DNA from: Octopus vulgaris
Taxonomy: Eukaryota
Direction: 5' to 3'
DNA length: 64,000 nt
NCBI GenBank assembly: GCA_951406725.2
Contig: OX597815.1
Location: 56,172,001-56,236,000 of the forward strand
The notes below the pieces were generated by a model that had not been told where the DNA came from, did no database searches, and saw only the letters and a list, made by a program, of their open reading frames with translations. Positions 1 through 12,526 of this stretch are shown piece after piece; position 1 is the stretch's first letter; each line of letters opens with the position of its first letter. The position numbers and the translations under genes are program-made.

Positions 1-480
1 AATGATTGAAACAAGTAAAAGGTAAAAAAAATAAAATAAAACCGAAAAAGTAACCGAAAAATATAACCGTGGGGCTTTTGTCCACTTTCACACTAACTAT
101 GAGGCTTTTGTCCCAGTGGCTTTTGTTCGAGGAGCTTTTCCTACACTCATAAATGAGCATAGTACTACAAAGAGTACGAAACAGCGCACTTTGCAGCTTC
201 ACGAGTTGCACTCAAGTCACACATTCCATCTTCACAACGAAAAAAAAAAAAAAAAAACTGAGAGATCACTGGACATATGAGGGGTACAATTTATTGTTTA
301 GTGGATGATAACTCTCACAATACCTATCACTATATGCACAATGTCCTCCAGACAAGGCATTTTCTCTTTCGCTTTCACTAGAAAAAAAAGTACATACAAA
401 AGTTGTAGAATTTAAAGCCTCATTAGCTCCCAACGTTATAATGGGACCTACAACTCCGATAGCTACAGAAGAGCAGAAGC

Positions 481-780
481 CAGTGGCGGACTGGGTCTAA
501 AAATATTAGTTGCCAGGAGGGGGCCCACCCACAACTACAATGCTATCCTTTATTTATTTATTATCATTTTTTTTTTTTTGTCAAAAGTATTCTTTTCAAC
601 TGTCTACAAACACTGCCAAGCTGAAATAATTAATGCATTATTCCAGGAGGGAATAAAAAATTCTCAAACTTGAGGGGATGGGCCCCTCAGATACTAACAT
701 GGGCCCCCATATATGGATTCTAAGGGCGCAGGAGCCCACTTGCCATCGGGCAAGCTGGCAACCTGGCCAGTCCGCCACTG
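481..780. mobile_element. hAT-type MITE (300 bp, non-autonomous)
   Basis: 14-bp TIRs CAGTGGCGGACTGG / CCAGTCCGCCACTG; 8-bp TSD GCAGAAGC on both sides (473-480, 781-788); no ORF. Confidence 0.9.
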
Positions 781-3537
781 GCAGAAGCTATCGTGTTTCA
801 CCTTACTCCATCGTGGCCAGCACCAGAATCTACTGAAACTGGATAGAGAACATTCAATATAGTTAAACTGTGATCAGAATGTTAAGTGTGGTCCTCAGCT
901 ACATGAATTTATGGCATATCTGGAGCTATGATCTGTAGATTACAATCGAAACTCAGATCCTAGGCAAAACGAGATGATTGATGAATCTGAATTGAGATTG
1001 AGAGATTAAGTTACTTCTCCTTTGGCAGCACTACAAGCAAGAGAAACCCTCCTTCAGTATACAGTGATCCCCTTGCCTACACGGGTGAACCATAGTTACC
1101 TGCAGAATATCAAGTTTCGAACGCTGATATAAATATGTAACAGGTTCACTACAAATATTACTTAACTGTAGGTATGTTGTTCAACATCCCATCCGCTCAA
1201 GCATCTCCTCCATTATCCTCGTCATAGTATGGTGATAATCATTACTATTCTCATAATAATTCTGAGTTCAAATCCCGTTTACCTTTCAATTCTCAGAGAT
1301 GAATAAAGTAACAGAGGATCGATTCAATTGATATACTCCTCCTCTAAAAAATTTGCAGCCTTATGTCAATATGAAAAATCATTAATTTTCTTATAGAGTC
1401 CTAGGTAAATGAGCTAAGCACGAATTTATTTGTCCAAATAAATGCTTGGTATAAATATGACACCCTAGGACATCTTGTTCGTCACTTGATTTTCCAACAA
1501 TTTTTTTTTATTGATAATCGTCTGCGTAATCGGGATAAGTCCTCTTCCTCGAAGCATAAAAAGAGCCATTGATCCAGATAATATACTAAGTTACATGTGT
1601 GTGTGTGTGTGGTTGTGTTTCTATCTTCTCTATTTTCCTCTCTCTCTTCTCTCCCTCCCTTTCTGTGTCTAGGTGTGTGAATTGATATACCCGATTAAAA
1701 TAATTTGATACCTTAACTTCGATGAACAGGGAGCCTATTCTTCTAACCCAAACATTCTAAAAATTTGAAAACAAAATAATGATTCTCCTGTTCTAAGAGA
1801 TTTGACATTTCTTTTCCCTGTTTCTTCTCAAGACAACGTATATTAACAACAAATTAATGATTTTATTGGAAATCGATATCGTACAATGTTAATAGAAAGA
1901 TGAATTTGGGTGAAAAATGTTCGGTGGAAACGGGTTTATATAGGTATTTAGAACAGAGTCGTGTGATTAGTACCATCTGGGGAATACGGGAGATCAATAT
2001 AGAAAAATATTCTTCGTTAATGATTGAAAGAACTTGCCGTGACCTACTATCGACGAAACAGAGTAATAAAGAAAATTTTAAGATGAATTTCATTGGAAAA
2101 AAAAAGGGTATTAATGAAACTGCTACTGTCTAACAAACCTTAAACTTTTGATCTTCTCAGTATTTACAGCTATTATTTTTATGATTTTTCGTTATAAAGT
2201 ATTTTATTGCTACTTTATTTCTGCTACATATTTAAACGCTATTGTTACTACATTTGTAAATGCATAGTTGCTACAGCGATAACTACTGTAGCACACAGGA
2301 GAAATATTGTTTTCTTTTAATGAAGCATAAAAGTTCAGTATTTCAGCATGAGAGACATTAAATTGTCGCACTCACACCTTCAAATGACAGCTTACGAGAG
2401 AGCCTCAATATGATCGCTCGATCTTCTAGAAATAACTGCCACACATCCAGCTTACATCCTACCGTCTCAGAAAAAGGATTATGTAAAGTGGGTTCCCTGA
2501 AAAAATAGACGCGGGTCTAACAAGGCTAAATAAAAATAATAACAATATTAAGAAAAGTGAAGCTGTATGAAAAAGAACCATAGATATAATTTATCAGATA
2601 AAAGAATCCATAATATAAATGAAAATTTATCAAGATAATCATTCATTTTTGTCTCATCTTGTCTCTCACTAGGAAACAAAAGAAACTAAACAAGAAAAAA
2701 TTATTTTACCACGCCTGACCATAGATAGTCATATATTTGCATCTTCTAACGGTGATTACATATTGATAAAATTGAGTTACTAAGATTCGTTCATAATAGG
2801 AGTAGAAGTATGTTGTTAAGTTTTACCTGTTGCACATTAACCAACTACCACAGAATTATCGATTTCAGTTTTCAACTTAACTGAAATCCTCTGCTTGTAA
2901 ATTCTCTACGCAAGCGATATACACGCAGGCGCATACACACAAACACATATTTACACATACTCAATATATAAAACACATACATACACCCTCAATATATATA
3001 TTACGGAAATTTATATTAGTATTTATATGCATATGTGTGTATGAGAAAAGGAGTGAAGAGTATGTATGTGCATGTGTGTGCGTGTGTGTGTGTGCGCGCG
3101 CGCGCGAATAGTACTTTATATATATCTTTTATTTTTCACTTGTTTCAGTCAGTAGTATGTTGTGACACCACTTTGAAGGGTTTAGTCGAAGAAATCTGGT
3201 ACTATCAGTTCTTTTGGCCGAACCGCTACATTACGGGGACGTAAACAAAACAACACCGGTTGTCAAGCCATGGTAAGTGACAAACACAAATACACACACA
3301 CGCATACGTACGCATACACACACACGTACAATGACCTTCGACAGTTTACGTCTATCAAATTCACTCACAAGGAATTGGTTGGCCAGTATCTATAGAAGAC
3401 ATTTGCCCGGTGAAACTGAATTTGAAACCACGTACTTACAAAACGAGCTTCTTAACCACACAGCCATGCTAGTGTTTATACATACATACATACATACATA
3501 CATACATACATACATACATACATAAGAATTAGGATAA

Positions 3538-4090
3538 GGCGTAGGAGTTGCTGTGTGGTAAGAAGCTTACTTCCCAACAACATGGCTCCGGGTTCAGTCC
3601 CACTGCGTGGCACCTTGAGCAAGTGTCTTCTACTGTAGTCTCAGGCCGACCAAAGCCTTGTGAGTGGATGTGTGAAGCCTGTCGTATATATATCTATATA
3701 CATACACACATTCTTTTCTTTTAATCTTTTATTTGTTTCAGTCATTTGACTGCAGTTATACTGGAGAACCGCCTTTAGTCGAACAAATCGACCCCAGGGC
3801 TTATTCTTTGTAAGCCTAGTACTTATCCTATTGGTCCCGGTTGCCGGGGACGTAAACACACCAGCATCGGTTGTCAAGCGATGCTGGGGTACAAACACAG
3901 ACACAGAAGCATACACACACACACACACACACACATTCGACGGGCTTCGTTCAGTTTCTGTCTACCAAATCAACTCACAAGGTATTGGCTATAGTAGAAG
4001 ACACTTGCCAAAGGTGCCACGCAGTGGGACTGAACCCGGAACCATGTGGTTGGTAAGTAAGCTACTTACCACAAAGCCACGTCTGCGCCT
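3538..4090. mobile_element. Pair of tRNA-derived SINE copies (partial + copy, then near-full - copy)
   Basis: Head GGCGTAGGAGTTGCTGTGTGGTAAG...GGGTTCAGTCCCACTGCG with A/B-box-like motifs; body and tail match the copy at 23968-24405. Confidence 0.8.
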
Positions 4091-4129
4091 ATATATATAT
4101 CACGGAGTCTCCAGAGAAAATGAAACAGG

Positions 4130-4570
4130 AAAGTAGAGTTCTCTCTATCCCTGAATCTGAACGAGTGCATATGCTGGGAGTATCTTCCCTTGAAGTCATT
4201 AGCTGTCATACCTGTACAGTGCCTAGAAAAGTCATCAGATGGTGTAAAGATGGTTCTGTATACTACGGCCCTTGAGACAAAATCCTTCAAGAGAACACAT
4301 GGTGGGGTTTCGGAAGTTGCAGGTTGGGGTTGGAGGTGGTGTGGGTGCATTTTTACGTTTGTTAATGCGTGCTATGTTAGATACGATGTTGTCTAAGCAG
4401 GAGTAACTCACCTTGACATTATGGGGTTGAAGAGTTTGTAATACTTATGGTTTCTGGGGAAGTGTTTCTTAATTAACAACAGGAAGCCCCTAGCAACGAT
4501 GGTGGAAACTTCTAGGTTGAAAGGGGGTTATACCGTATAATTCTCCTTCTAATCCTTCTGGGGGTCTCCG
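4130..4570 (-). pseudogene. Penelope-like retroelement fragment (RT C-terminal linker plus GIY-YIG endonuclease)
   Basis: Minus-strand translation gives LIKKHFPRNHKYYKLFNPHNVKVSYSCLDNI and TGMTANDFKGRYSQHMHSFR...ENST, motifs typical of Penelope linker/GIY-YIG regions; frame disrupted. Confidence 0.7.
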
Positions 4571-5136
4571 CGTGGTCAATTTCCAGTTCGCCATCCAGCA
4601 TTTTCCAACTAACTGGTACCCATATACCAACATCAAACCGCGATACCGCGTGACCTTCCTCGACCAATCGCAGCTCACCTTACAGTAATAACAATCAACT
4701 TCTGTCATTGAAATTCAAAATGGCTGACGATTAGCATCAAACTTGAAACTCAAGAGTACCAATGAATTTGAATCAAATTGTTTTTTATCCATATATGTAA
4801 CTCCCAATAAATTGGTTGAGTGCCCTTCTTTCGTTTGTCCACTCACTCGTACAGTTGCTCCAGAATCTGTTGAGTGCCATGCACGAACGCCTGACCAACC
4901 GTACTCGCCGAGTAATATTCAAATACCTTCAAGGAAAATCTACTCGACGCAACTTACAGAGAAGACGGAAAATGTCATCAAACGCATGCGGATAAATTCG
5001 GCTTCAAATACTGAAAGTGACCCCCTATGTATGAAAGACCTTGAGAACGTTCGGACTGACCTATGAAGCAGTGTAAAGAAGTTAAAGTTTCGGCATTATT
5101 CTAACCCCTTCCTTACATCCCTAAATGACTATATGA

Positions 5137-5680
5137 AGGTGGCGAGCTGGCAGAATCGTTAGCACGCCGGGCGAAATGCTTACCGGTATTTCGTCTGCCG
5201 CTACGTTCTGAGTTCAAATTCTGCCGAGGTCGACTTTGCCTTTCATCCTTTCGGGGTCGATTAAATAAATACTAGTTACGCACTGGGGTCGATATAATCG
5301 ACTTAATTCGTTTGTCTGTCCTTGTTTGTCCTCTCTGTGTTTATTCCCTTGTGGGTAGTAAAGAAATATGTATTTCGCCTGTCTTTACGTTCTGAGTTCA
5401 AATTCCGCCGAGGTCGACTTTGCCTTTCATCCTTTCGGGGTCGATTAAATAAATACTAGTTACGCACTGGGGTCGATATAATCGACTTAATTCGTTTGTC
5501 CTCTCTGTGTTTATTCCCTTGTGGGTAGTAAAGAAATATGTATTTCGCCTGTCTTTACGTTCTGAGTTCAAATTCCGCCGAAGTCGACTTTGCCTTTCAT
5601 CTTTTCGGGGTCGTACTGGGGTCGATCAAATCGACTGGCCCCTCTCCCCTAAAATTTCAGGCCTTGTGCCTATAATAGAA
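5137..5680 (+). mobile_element. MetaSINE-like SINE, three tandem partial units
   Basis: Head AAGGTGGCGAGCTGGCAGAA; core GAGTTCAAATT(C/T)CGCCGAGGTCGACTTTGCCTTTCATCCTTTCGGGGTCG recurs at ~5210, ~5395 and ~5565. Confidence 0.8.
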
Positions 5681-5691
5681 AGAATTGAAGA

Positions 5692-5950
5692 GAACTTAAG
5701 GAAGGAAAGAGCTCATCGATTCTATACCAACACGCCGAGCAGGAACACGGGGGCTCAATCAACAACATAGAAGTTAAAATCCTGTCCACACATAGAACAG
5801 ACGCAACAATCAGACAAATTACGGAAGCTACACACATAATAGAAGATAAACCTAGCCTGAATAGGAAACTGGAATGGAACACTAGCACACACCACAACAT
5901 ATTACAGAAGAGGATCCCCATAAACTGGTTACAATATAAACAAAACTGAA
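5692..5950 (+). pseudogene. Penelope-like GIY-YIG C-terminal fragment
   Basis: Translation SILYQHAEQEHGGSINNIEVKILSTHRTDATIRQITEATHIIEDKPSLNRKLEW fits the H..E.H / RQI.EA..I / LN.K.EW pattern. Confidence 0.6.
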
Positions 5951-6036
5951 AACATAATAAAATAAAATACACAGATAAATAAACAAACGGAAGTAAATAA
6001 CTATATACATTAAAAAAAATTTTTTTTAATTTTTAA

Positions 6037-6040
<4 letters not shown>

Positions 6041-6098
<58 letters not shown>

Positions 6099-6153
6099 CA
6101 TACATACATACATATATACATACATACAAGCATAGGTAATAATAATAATAATG

Positions 6154-6198
<45 letters not shown>
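6041..6198. repeat. Opposed (ATT)n and (AAT)n microsatellites
   Basis: Direct inspection; source of the poly-L/I/N ORFs in the track. Confidence 0.95.
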
Positions 6199-6199
<1 letters not shown>

Positions 6200-6374
6200 G
6201 TGGATGTAGACACATGAACAAAATATGAATAAACAAAAGCAAAAACAAATTACACGAACGTATATAAACAGAAAATACAAATATTACAGACATTCCCACA
6301 CACACACACATACATATATACGACGGGCTTCTTACCACACAGCCACTCCTTACGTTTGCTAGTATAAACTATAA

Positions 6375-6590
6375 TAATCCTTTGTATTGTAGGCACAAGG
6401 CCTGATTTTTGGGAGAAGAGGTAAGTCGATTACAATGATCTCATTACGCAACTGGTACTTATTTCATCGACCCCAAAAGGGATGAAGAGCAAAGTCGAAC
6501 TTGGTGGAATTTGAAATCAGAAGGTAAAGACGGACGAAATGCCGTTAAGAATTTTGCATGGCATGGCAACGATTCTGCTTGCCACCTTCC
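6375..6590 (-). mobile_element. MetaSINE-like SINE (diverged)
   Basis: Reverse complement of the GTCGACTTTGCCTTTCATCC core and head. Confidence 0.7.
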
Positions 6591-7055
6591 AACCAGGTCG
6601 GTAATTATGTCTGTATAAATGTAGGTGTGTATACATACATGTATACATACAAATAATTACATACATAAATATACATGTATGTATGTATGTATGTATGTAT
6701 GTATGTATGTATGTATGTATGTATGTGTACGTGTGTATTGGTGCGTGTGTGCGTGCGTGCGTGTGTGCGTGCGTGTGTGCGTGCGTGCGTGTGTGCGTGC
6801 GTGTGTGTATGTATGTATTTATGGCATAGCTTTGTAATTAGGAAGCTTGCATCCCAACCACATGATTTCGGGTTCAGTCCCACTGTGTAGTACCTTGGGC
6901 AAGTGTCTTCTGCTATAGGCTCGAGCCGACCGAAACCTTGATTGAATTTGATAGACTCAAAACATAAAAGACTCTTCCCTTCTTCCTGAGCGTTAAACTA
7001 ATACACGCTCACTCTCTCTCGCACACACACACACACACACATGTATACATATGTG

Positions 7056-7197
7056 CGCAGGTGCAGTTGTGTGGTAAGACGTTTGCTTCCCAACCACATG
7101 GTTCCGGGCACCTTGGGTAACTGTTTTCTACTATAGCCTCAAGCTGGCCAAAACCGCGTGAGTGAATTTGGTAGAAGGAAACTGAAAGAAACCTATC

Positions 7198-7271
<74 letters not shown>

Positions 7272-7537
7272 GTGTGTGTGTGTGTGTTTGTGTTTGTGTT
7301 TGTGTGTGTGTGTGTGTGTATCTATGTGTGTGTGTCTTTGTGTTTGTGTTTGTCCCCATCACCGCTTGACAACCGATGTTCGTGTTTACGTTCCCGTACT
7401 GAGCAGATCGGCAAAACTAATCGGTAGAATAAGTCCTAGGCTTACAAAGAATAAGTCCTAGGCTTACAAAGAATAAGTCCTGGCGTCGACTTATTCGACT
7501 TATTCAAGGCGGTGCTGAAACAAGTAAAAGAATAAAA

Positions 7538-7538
<1 letters not shown>
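7056..7538 (+). mobile_element. tRNA-derived SINE with internal (TA)n/(TG)n expansion
   Basis: Same head, body and tail (GGCGGTGC...TGAAACAAGTAAAAG) as the other copies; 22-bp local duplication of AGAATAAGTCCTAGGCTTACAA. Confidence 0.8.
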
Positions 7539-7575
<37 letters not shown>

Positions 7576-7579
<4 letters not shown>

Positions 7580-10551
7580 CGCATGCAATCAAGCCTTATG
7601 CATAGCACTTACGGAAACGCACCTGAAACCGGACATAGCAGATGCGGAATTACACATACCACAGTATGTTGTACTACGGACCGACAGAAAAGAAAGGAGT
7701 CATGGAGGAGTTGCTATGTACATCCGTGAGGACCTCACACCCCAGGTCCTTTTGTCATACTCAAACTCGGTGTGTGACACACTAATTGTACACATAAGGC
7801 AACTTGATGTAGTTGTGTGTGCTACATATCGCCCTCCAGATACCCCAAGCCATGTAGGCAAGTTTGAAGACTGCCTTATAAAAATAGAAGAAGTTCTAAT
7901 CACATTAGAACAACACATAAGTGTACTTCTCATGGGAGACTTCAATCTACCCAATGTCAGATGGCCTGAGGGCCTTTCTCTTCCAGGAATGACAAGATGT
8001 GAACGAGGACAGGCGAGGTCCCTCCTGAACCTCATCAACACCCTGTACATGGAGCAAGTAATACTCCAACCAACCAGTGCAGGTAACACACTGGATCTCT
8101 GCTTCACAAATAATATGGATCTCATCCATAATGTGAAAGTGACACCGACACTACTCTCGGATCACAACATGGTAGAGCTGACCATGTACGGGCCAAAACA
8201 GAGCACGGACATGCAGCCTACAAGAAACCCTCAGAATCTTTCCAGCTTGAACTACCATAAGGCAAACTGGAAACAAATTGAGAAAGAGATCCTCAAACAA
8301 AACTGGCCTAAATGTCTCTCCTCGCCAGACATCGACGTGAAACTTCAACAATTCATGTCTGTAATGCAAGCCATATGCTACAAATGTGTCCCAGAGAGAA
8401 AGGCCACTGTACACAAGAACAAAATCCCCAGAGAGAGGAAAATTCTAATGAGACGGCGTACAAAATTTTCAAATCGCCTAAACAAACAGATTGAAAGCAG
8501 TGAAAAGTCCCGCCTGAAAATAAAACTGTTGGAAATTGAAAAATGTCTGCAACTCTCCCATGAAAAGGAAAGAGCAGACAAAGAAGCCTGGGCTATAGAT
8601 AACATAAAATCTAACCCCAGAGCCTTCTACAGGTATGCCAAAGAAACAGCTACGGTGCACTGTAGGATAGGGCCACTCCTTGAAAAGGATGGCACACTTA
8701 CAGGAAAACCAATGAGGGTAAGTGAAATACTGAATGAGCAATTCAAGAGTGTTTTCACTCCACCCCTTGGGCATCTCCAAATCACCAATCCAACTGACTT
8801 TTTTACCACTGCAGATATAAAATCAGAGGCGGCGACGATAGATTACATCGATATAAAGGAAGACGATGTAATAAAGGCTATAGATGAAATGAAAACAGAC
8901 TCAGCTACTGGCCCCGATGGTTTCCCGGCAATCCTCCTAAAAGTATGTAAGAGAGTCCTAGCAAGACCACTGCAGTTCCTCTTTCAGAGCTTCCTTGCAG
9001 CTGGCAAACTTCCAAGAAAACTGAAGGAAGGTAAAATATGCCCCATTCATAAAGGAGGTAGCAGAGCGGAGGCCAAGAACTACAGACCTATCTCTCTGAC
9101 CTCACACATAAGCAAGGTCATGGAACGAATAGTCAGAAGGAAACTGATCACCTTCCTTGAAGAAAATGACTTGCTGCCCGACACCCAACATGGTTTCCGA
9201 CCAGGGAGAAGCTGTTTAACTCAGCTCCTACAGCACTATGACTGGGTGCTGAAACGGCTGCTCAACCACTCAAATGTGGAAGTGATATATCTCGACTTTG
9301 CAAAGGCCTTTGATAAAGTCGATCACGGAATGATATGTCACAAACTGCGTGATCTCAACATTGGTGGAAAACTGGGAGAATGGCTTCATGACTTTCTGAA
9401 AGATAGAAGTCAGGTGGTAGTAGCCAATGGGGCCACTTCCATTAACACGCAAATAGTGAGCGGTGTTCCGCAGGGCACTGTTCTGGGACCACTACTGTTC
9501 ATAATGGCCCTCTCAGACATGCCCTCAGCCACGCAGAGAGCCACGATCACAAGTTATGCAGATGATACAAAAGTTTCACAGGCAATACAGAACCCTGAGG
9601 ACACTAATCGCCTGCAATGTGAGCTGGACAAAATATACAAGTGGGCTGAAAAGAATAGCATGCAGTTCAATGCTGAAAAGTTTCAAGCTTTATACTATCA
9701 GCATGCAAAACTAAATGCAATACCCAATGAATACACTGGACCCGGAGGAATAGCAATCCCAGAGGCACAATCAGTGCGTGACCTGGGTATTTACATGAGT
9801 GATGACACAACCTTTCGTGTACATGTTGCTAAATTGGCAATGAGGTGTAGACGACTGGCCGGATGGATTCTTAGAACCTTTAGAACAAGAGAACAAGAAA
9901 CCATGATGGTCCTCTGGAGGACACTTGTCCTAAGCCACTTTGACTATTGCTCTCAGCTATGGTCACCATCCAGTGTCAAGTTGATCACGGAACTCGAGGC
10001 GATCCAACGTAACTACACGAAGAAGATAGCCTCTATGCAGAATGTAAGCTACTGGGAAAGACTCAAGAGATTAAAACTATATTCCTTGGAGCGTAGGCGG
10101 GAGAGATATGCCATAATATACATCTGGAAGATCCTGGAGGGACGTGTCCCAAACTTTGGCATCGAGAGTTACACAAATGAAAGAACTGGACGCCACTGCG
10201 TGGTGCCTAGGACTCCAAATTTGCCATCAAGATGTAGGACAAGATACTGTGATAGCCTGGGCTTCTGAGGCCCACAGCTTTTCAATATCCTCCCGAAGAA
10301 CCTGAGAGACCTGCATGGGGTGGATGCAGATGTCTTTAAAATGAAACTGGATCTCTTCCTGTCAGGTGTCCCAGATGAACCAACTTCACGGCAGGAGGTG
10401 CAGATGAGGGCAGCTGCATCGAACTCTCTCATGCACCAAATGGCAGTTGCTAAAAAGCTTTCGTGAAGTAAAACCATGTAGCAACACCAAATGGCGGTGC
10501 CCCAGCATGGCCACAGCTCATGAGCTGAAACTAGAATCAATCAATCAATCA

Positions 10552-10554
<3 letters not shown>
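7576..10554 (+). mobile_element. CR1/L2-group LINE, 5'-truncated inside the endonuclease, inserted in (TA)n
   Basis: Open frame from ~7578 (IALTETHL...GGVAMY); (AATC)n tail at 10535-10554; (TA)n on both flanks. Confidence 0.9.
7716..10466 (+). CDS. LINE ORF2: APE endonuclease plus reverse transcriptase, one premature stop at 10266-10268
   Basis: GDFN, LDL, SDH (APE); NYRPISLTS, QHGFR, YLDFAKAFDKVDH, GVPQGTVLGPLLF, YADD (RT); the frame continues 65 codons past the TGA (GPQLFNILP...VPDEP) to TGA at 10464-10466. Confidence 0.92.
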
Positions 10555-10631
<77 letters not shown>

Positions 10632-10721
10632 CAAAATGGGACAAGAACGCAAAACATTCAAGTAGACGATACAAAAAACGGACGGGTCATTCGAAGCCTC
10701 TAATCTTCAGTCAAGAACCGA

Positions 10722-10935
10722 GTTGGCAGAAACGTTAGCACGCCGGGCGAAATGCTCAGCAGTTTTAGTCTGTCGCTACGTTCTGAGTTCAAATTCCGCC
10801 GAGGTCGACTTTGCCTTTCATCCTTTCGGGATCGATAAATAAAGTACCAGTTTCGCACTGGGGTCGATATAATCGACTTAATCCGTCTGTTTGTCCTCTC
10901 TGTGTTTAGCCCCTTGTGGGTAGTAAAGAAATAGG
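10722..10935 (+). mobile_element. MetaSINE-like SINE
   Basis: Head and core nearly identical to the 5137 copy. Confidence 0.85.
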
Positions 10936-11325
10936 TATACTGTAGGAAGTTCGACGGGTCGTGAATCCTTTTGGTATATTATTAGCAAAGAAAAAATAAT
11001 AGAGGATGGATAAATGTCAGTTCATTACAGCCGTTTCTTACGTATTTTTTATTTGATGAGTTGATTACATTACATAAGTTTTTTAAAAAAACATATTCAT
11101 CAGATGTCTCATATAATTTCAAAACAATAGAAGAACAATCCATGCGGCGAAGCTGGCCTTGAATGGAAGAAAGCAGAAATGGAAGTGTATAAGGAATATA
11201 ATGAGTTGGGTAGAGATGAGATTTATGGCCACCAGCCTGGCTAGTGGCCTGTCAGGATGTAAGTTTGTGACAATTAAGTGGTTCGTAATCAACGACTAAA
11301 GATGAAGTGTAGGTAGTAATACATA

Positions 11326-11878
11326 TGTAGTGACGTTATACAACAGTGCGCGCGCGCAACGTCCTCTTCAGTGTGCGTGTGCGGGTTTGGAGCCTTCTGG
11401 AAAGGCAGAAGGGAAGTGCCCTCTCGCGCATGCGCGAAGCACTGAAGAAGGAAATGCTGATGTGGCATTAGTTGATAGGCGAGGGAGGTTCCCTTAACAA
11501 AGGGGTACAGAGAGACAGGCAGTAGCAGAACGCCTTTCATACGAGATTGTTGCAGACCAATTTTTCTCCGCTGTCTCTGGACGCTAAGACTTGAGGCACA
11601 GCGATCGAAGAGAAAGGATGTATTTTCATACGTGTGATCAACCTATTCTCCTGTCCCAGACGCTTGGGATTTAACCTATCTATTGCTGCTGAATTGTTGT
11701 AAGAATGGATACCAGTATACCATCGTGTTTCATTTTTGCATAAGAGAATAAAGAATTATATATTTCTAAACTTGCTTTTAGTTCCTGACTGGTAGTTTCT
11801 AGAAACAAAAAGAAAGGAAATTGTGTTGCACCCAAGTTGCACCCCAAAAGTGTAAAGAAGCAACGAGTTCCCGTTACA
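11326..11878 (+). mobile_element. Solo LTR (Gypsy type), related to the LTR at 30001-30589
   Basis: TGTAGTG...CGTTACA termini; shares CCCTCTCGCGCATGCGCGAAGCAC and AAGAGAATAAAG with the 30001 LTR; flanks CATA / CATG (3 of 4 TSD match). Confidence 0.75.
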
Positions 11879-12475
11879 CATGTATTTTTAATATTTTACT
11901 GTTATTCGTTTTATTACTCTGGAGTTAGAGAGATGAATAGCTAGAATTTGAGTCAAAGGAAATAGAGGTAATTAAGTAGAGATATGAGGGCAGCATACCC
12001 CTGTTAAAGATTAAGATTCTAAGAGAGGCGGGGAGGAATAATGTTCAGAATTTAGGTTAAATCATGTAAGGGCGTAGTTAAAATTACGGAAGAATTTTCT
12101 AATTTTTTTTACGCGTTCTCTTTAGGATAACTTTACTATTACTAGGTATGACAAACAGAGGGTCGTCCCTTATAGACCGCCACGAATATTTTGAAAGACA
12201 GACAGACAGACAGACACACATTCTCAGTTTTATATATATAAAGATATACAGTTAGGCAGGCGCAAGCGTCGCCGAGTGATGAAGAAGCTTGCTTTCCAAG
12301 TATATGGTCTTGGGTTCAGTTTCACTGCGCGGCACCTGAAGCAAGTGTCTTATACTATAGTGCCGGACCGACTAAAGTCTTGTGAGCGTATTTCGTACAT
12401 GAAAACTGAAAGAAGCTTGTCATGTAAGTACCAGTACGTGTGTGTGTATGTGTTTGTGTGTCTTTGTGTGTGTGT

Positions 12476-12526
<51 letters not shown>

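Noticed and set aside
1863-2133. Overlapping 76-77 aa ORFs, with faint similarity to a Penelope RT motif (YKPVST)
   Set aside because: Too short and degenerate to assign.
3035-7461. Many short ORFs rich in YI/CV/HT/MYVC or poly-L/I/N
   Set aside because: They are translations of microsatellites and SINEs, not genes; the same applies throughout the window.
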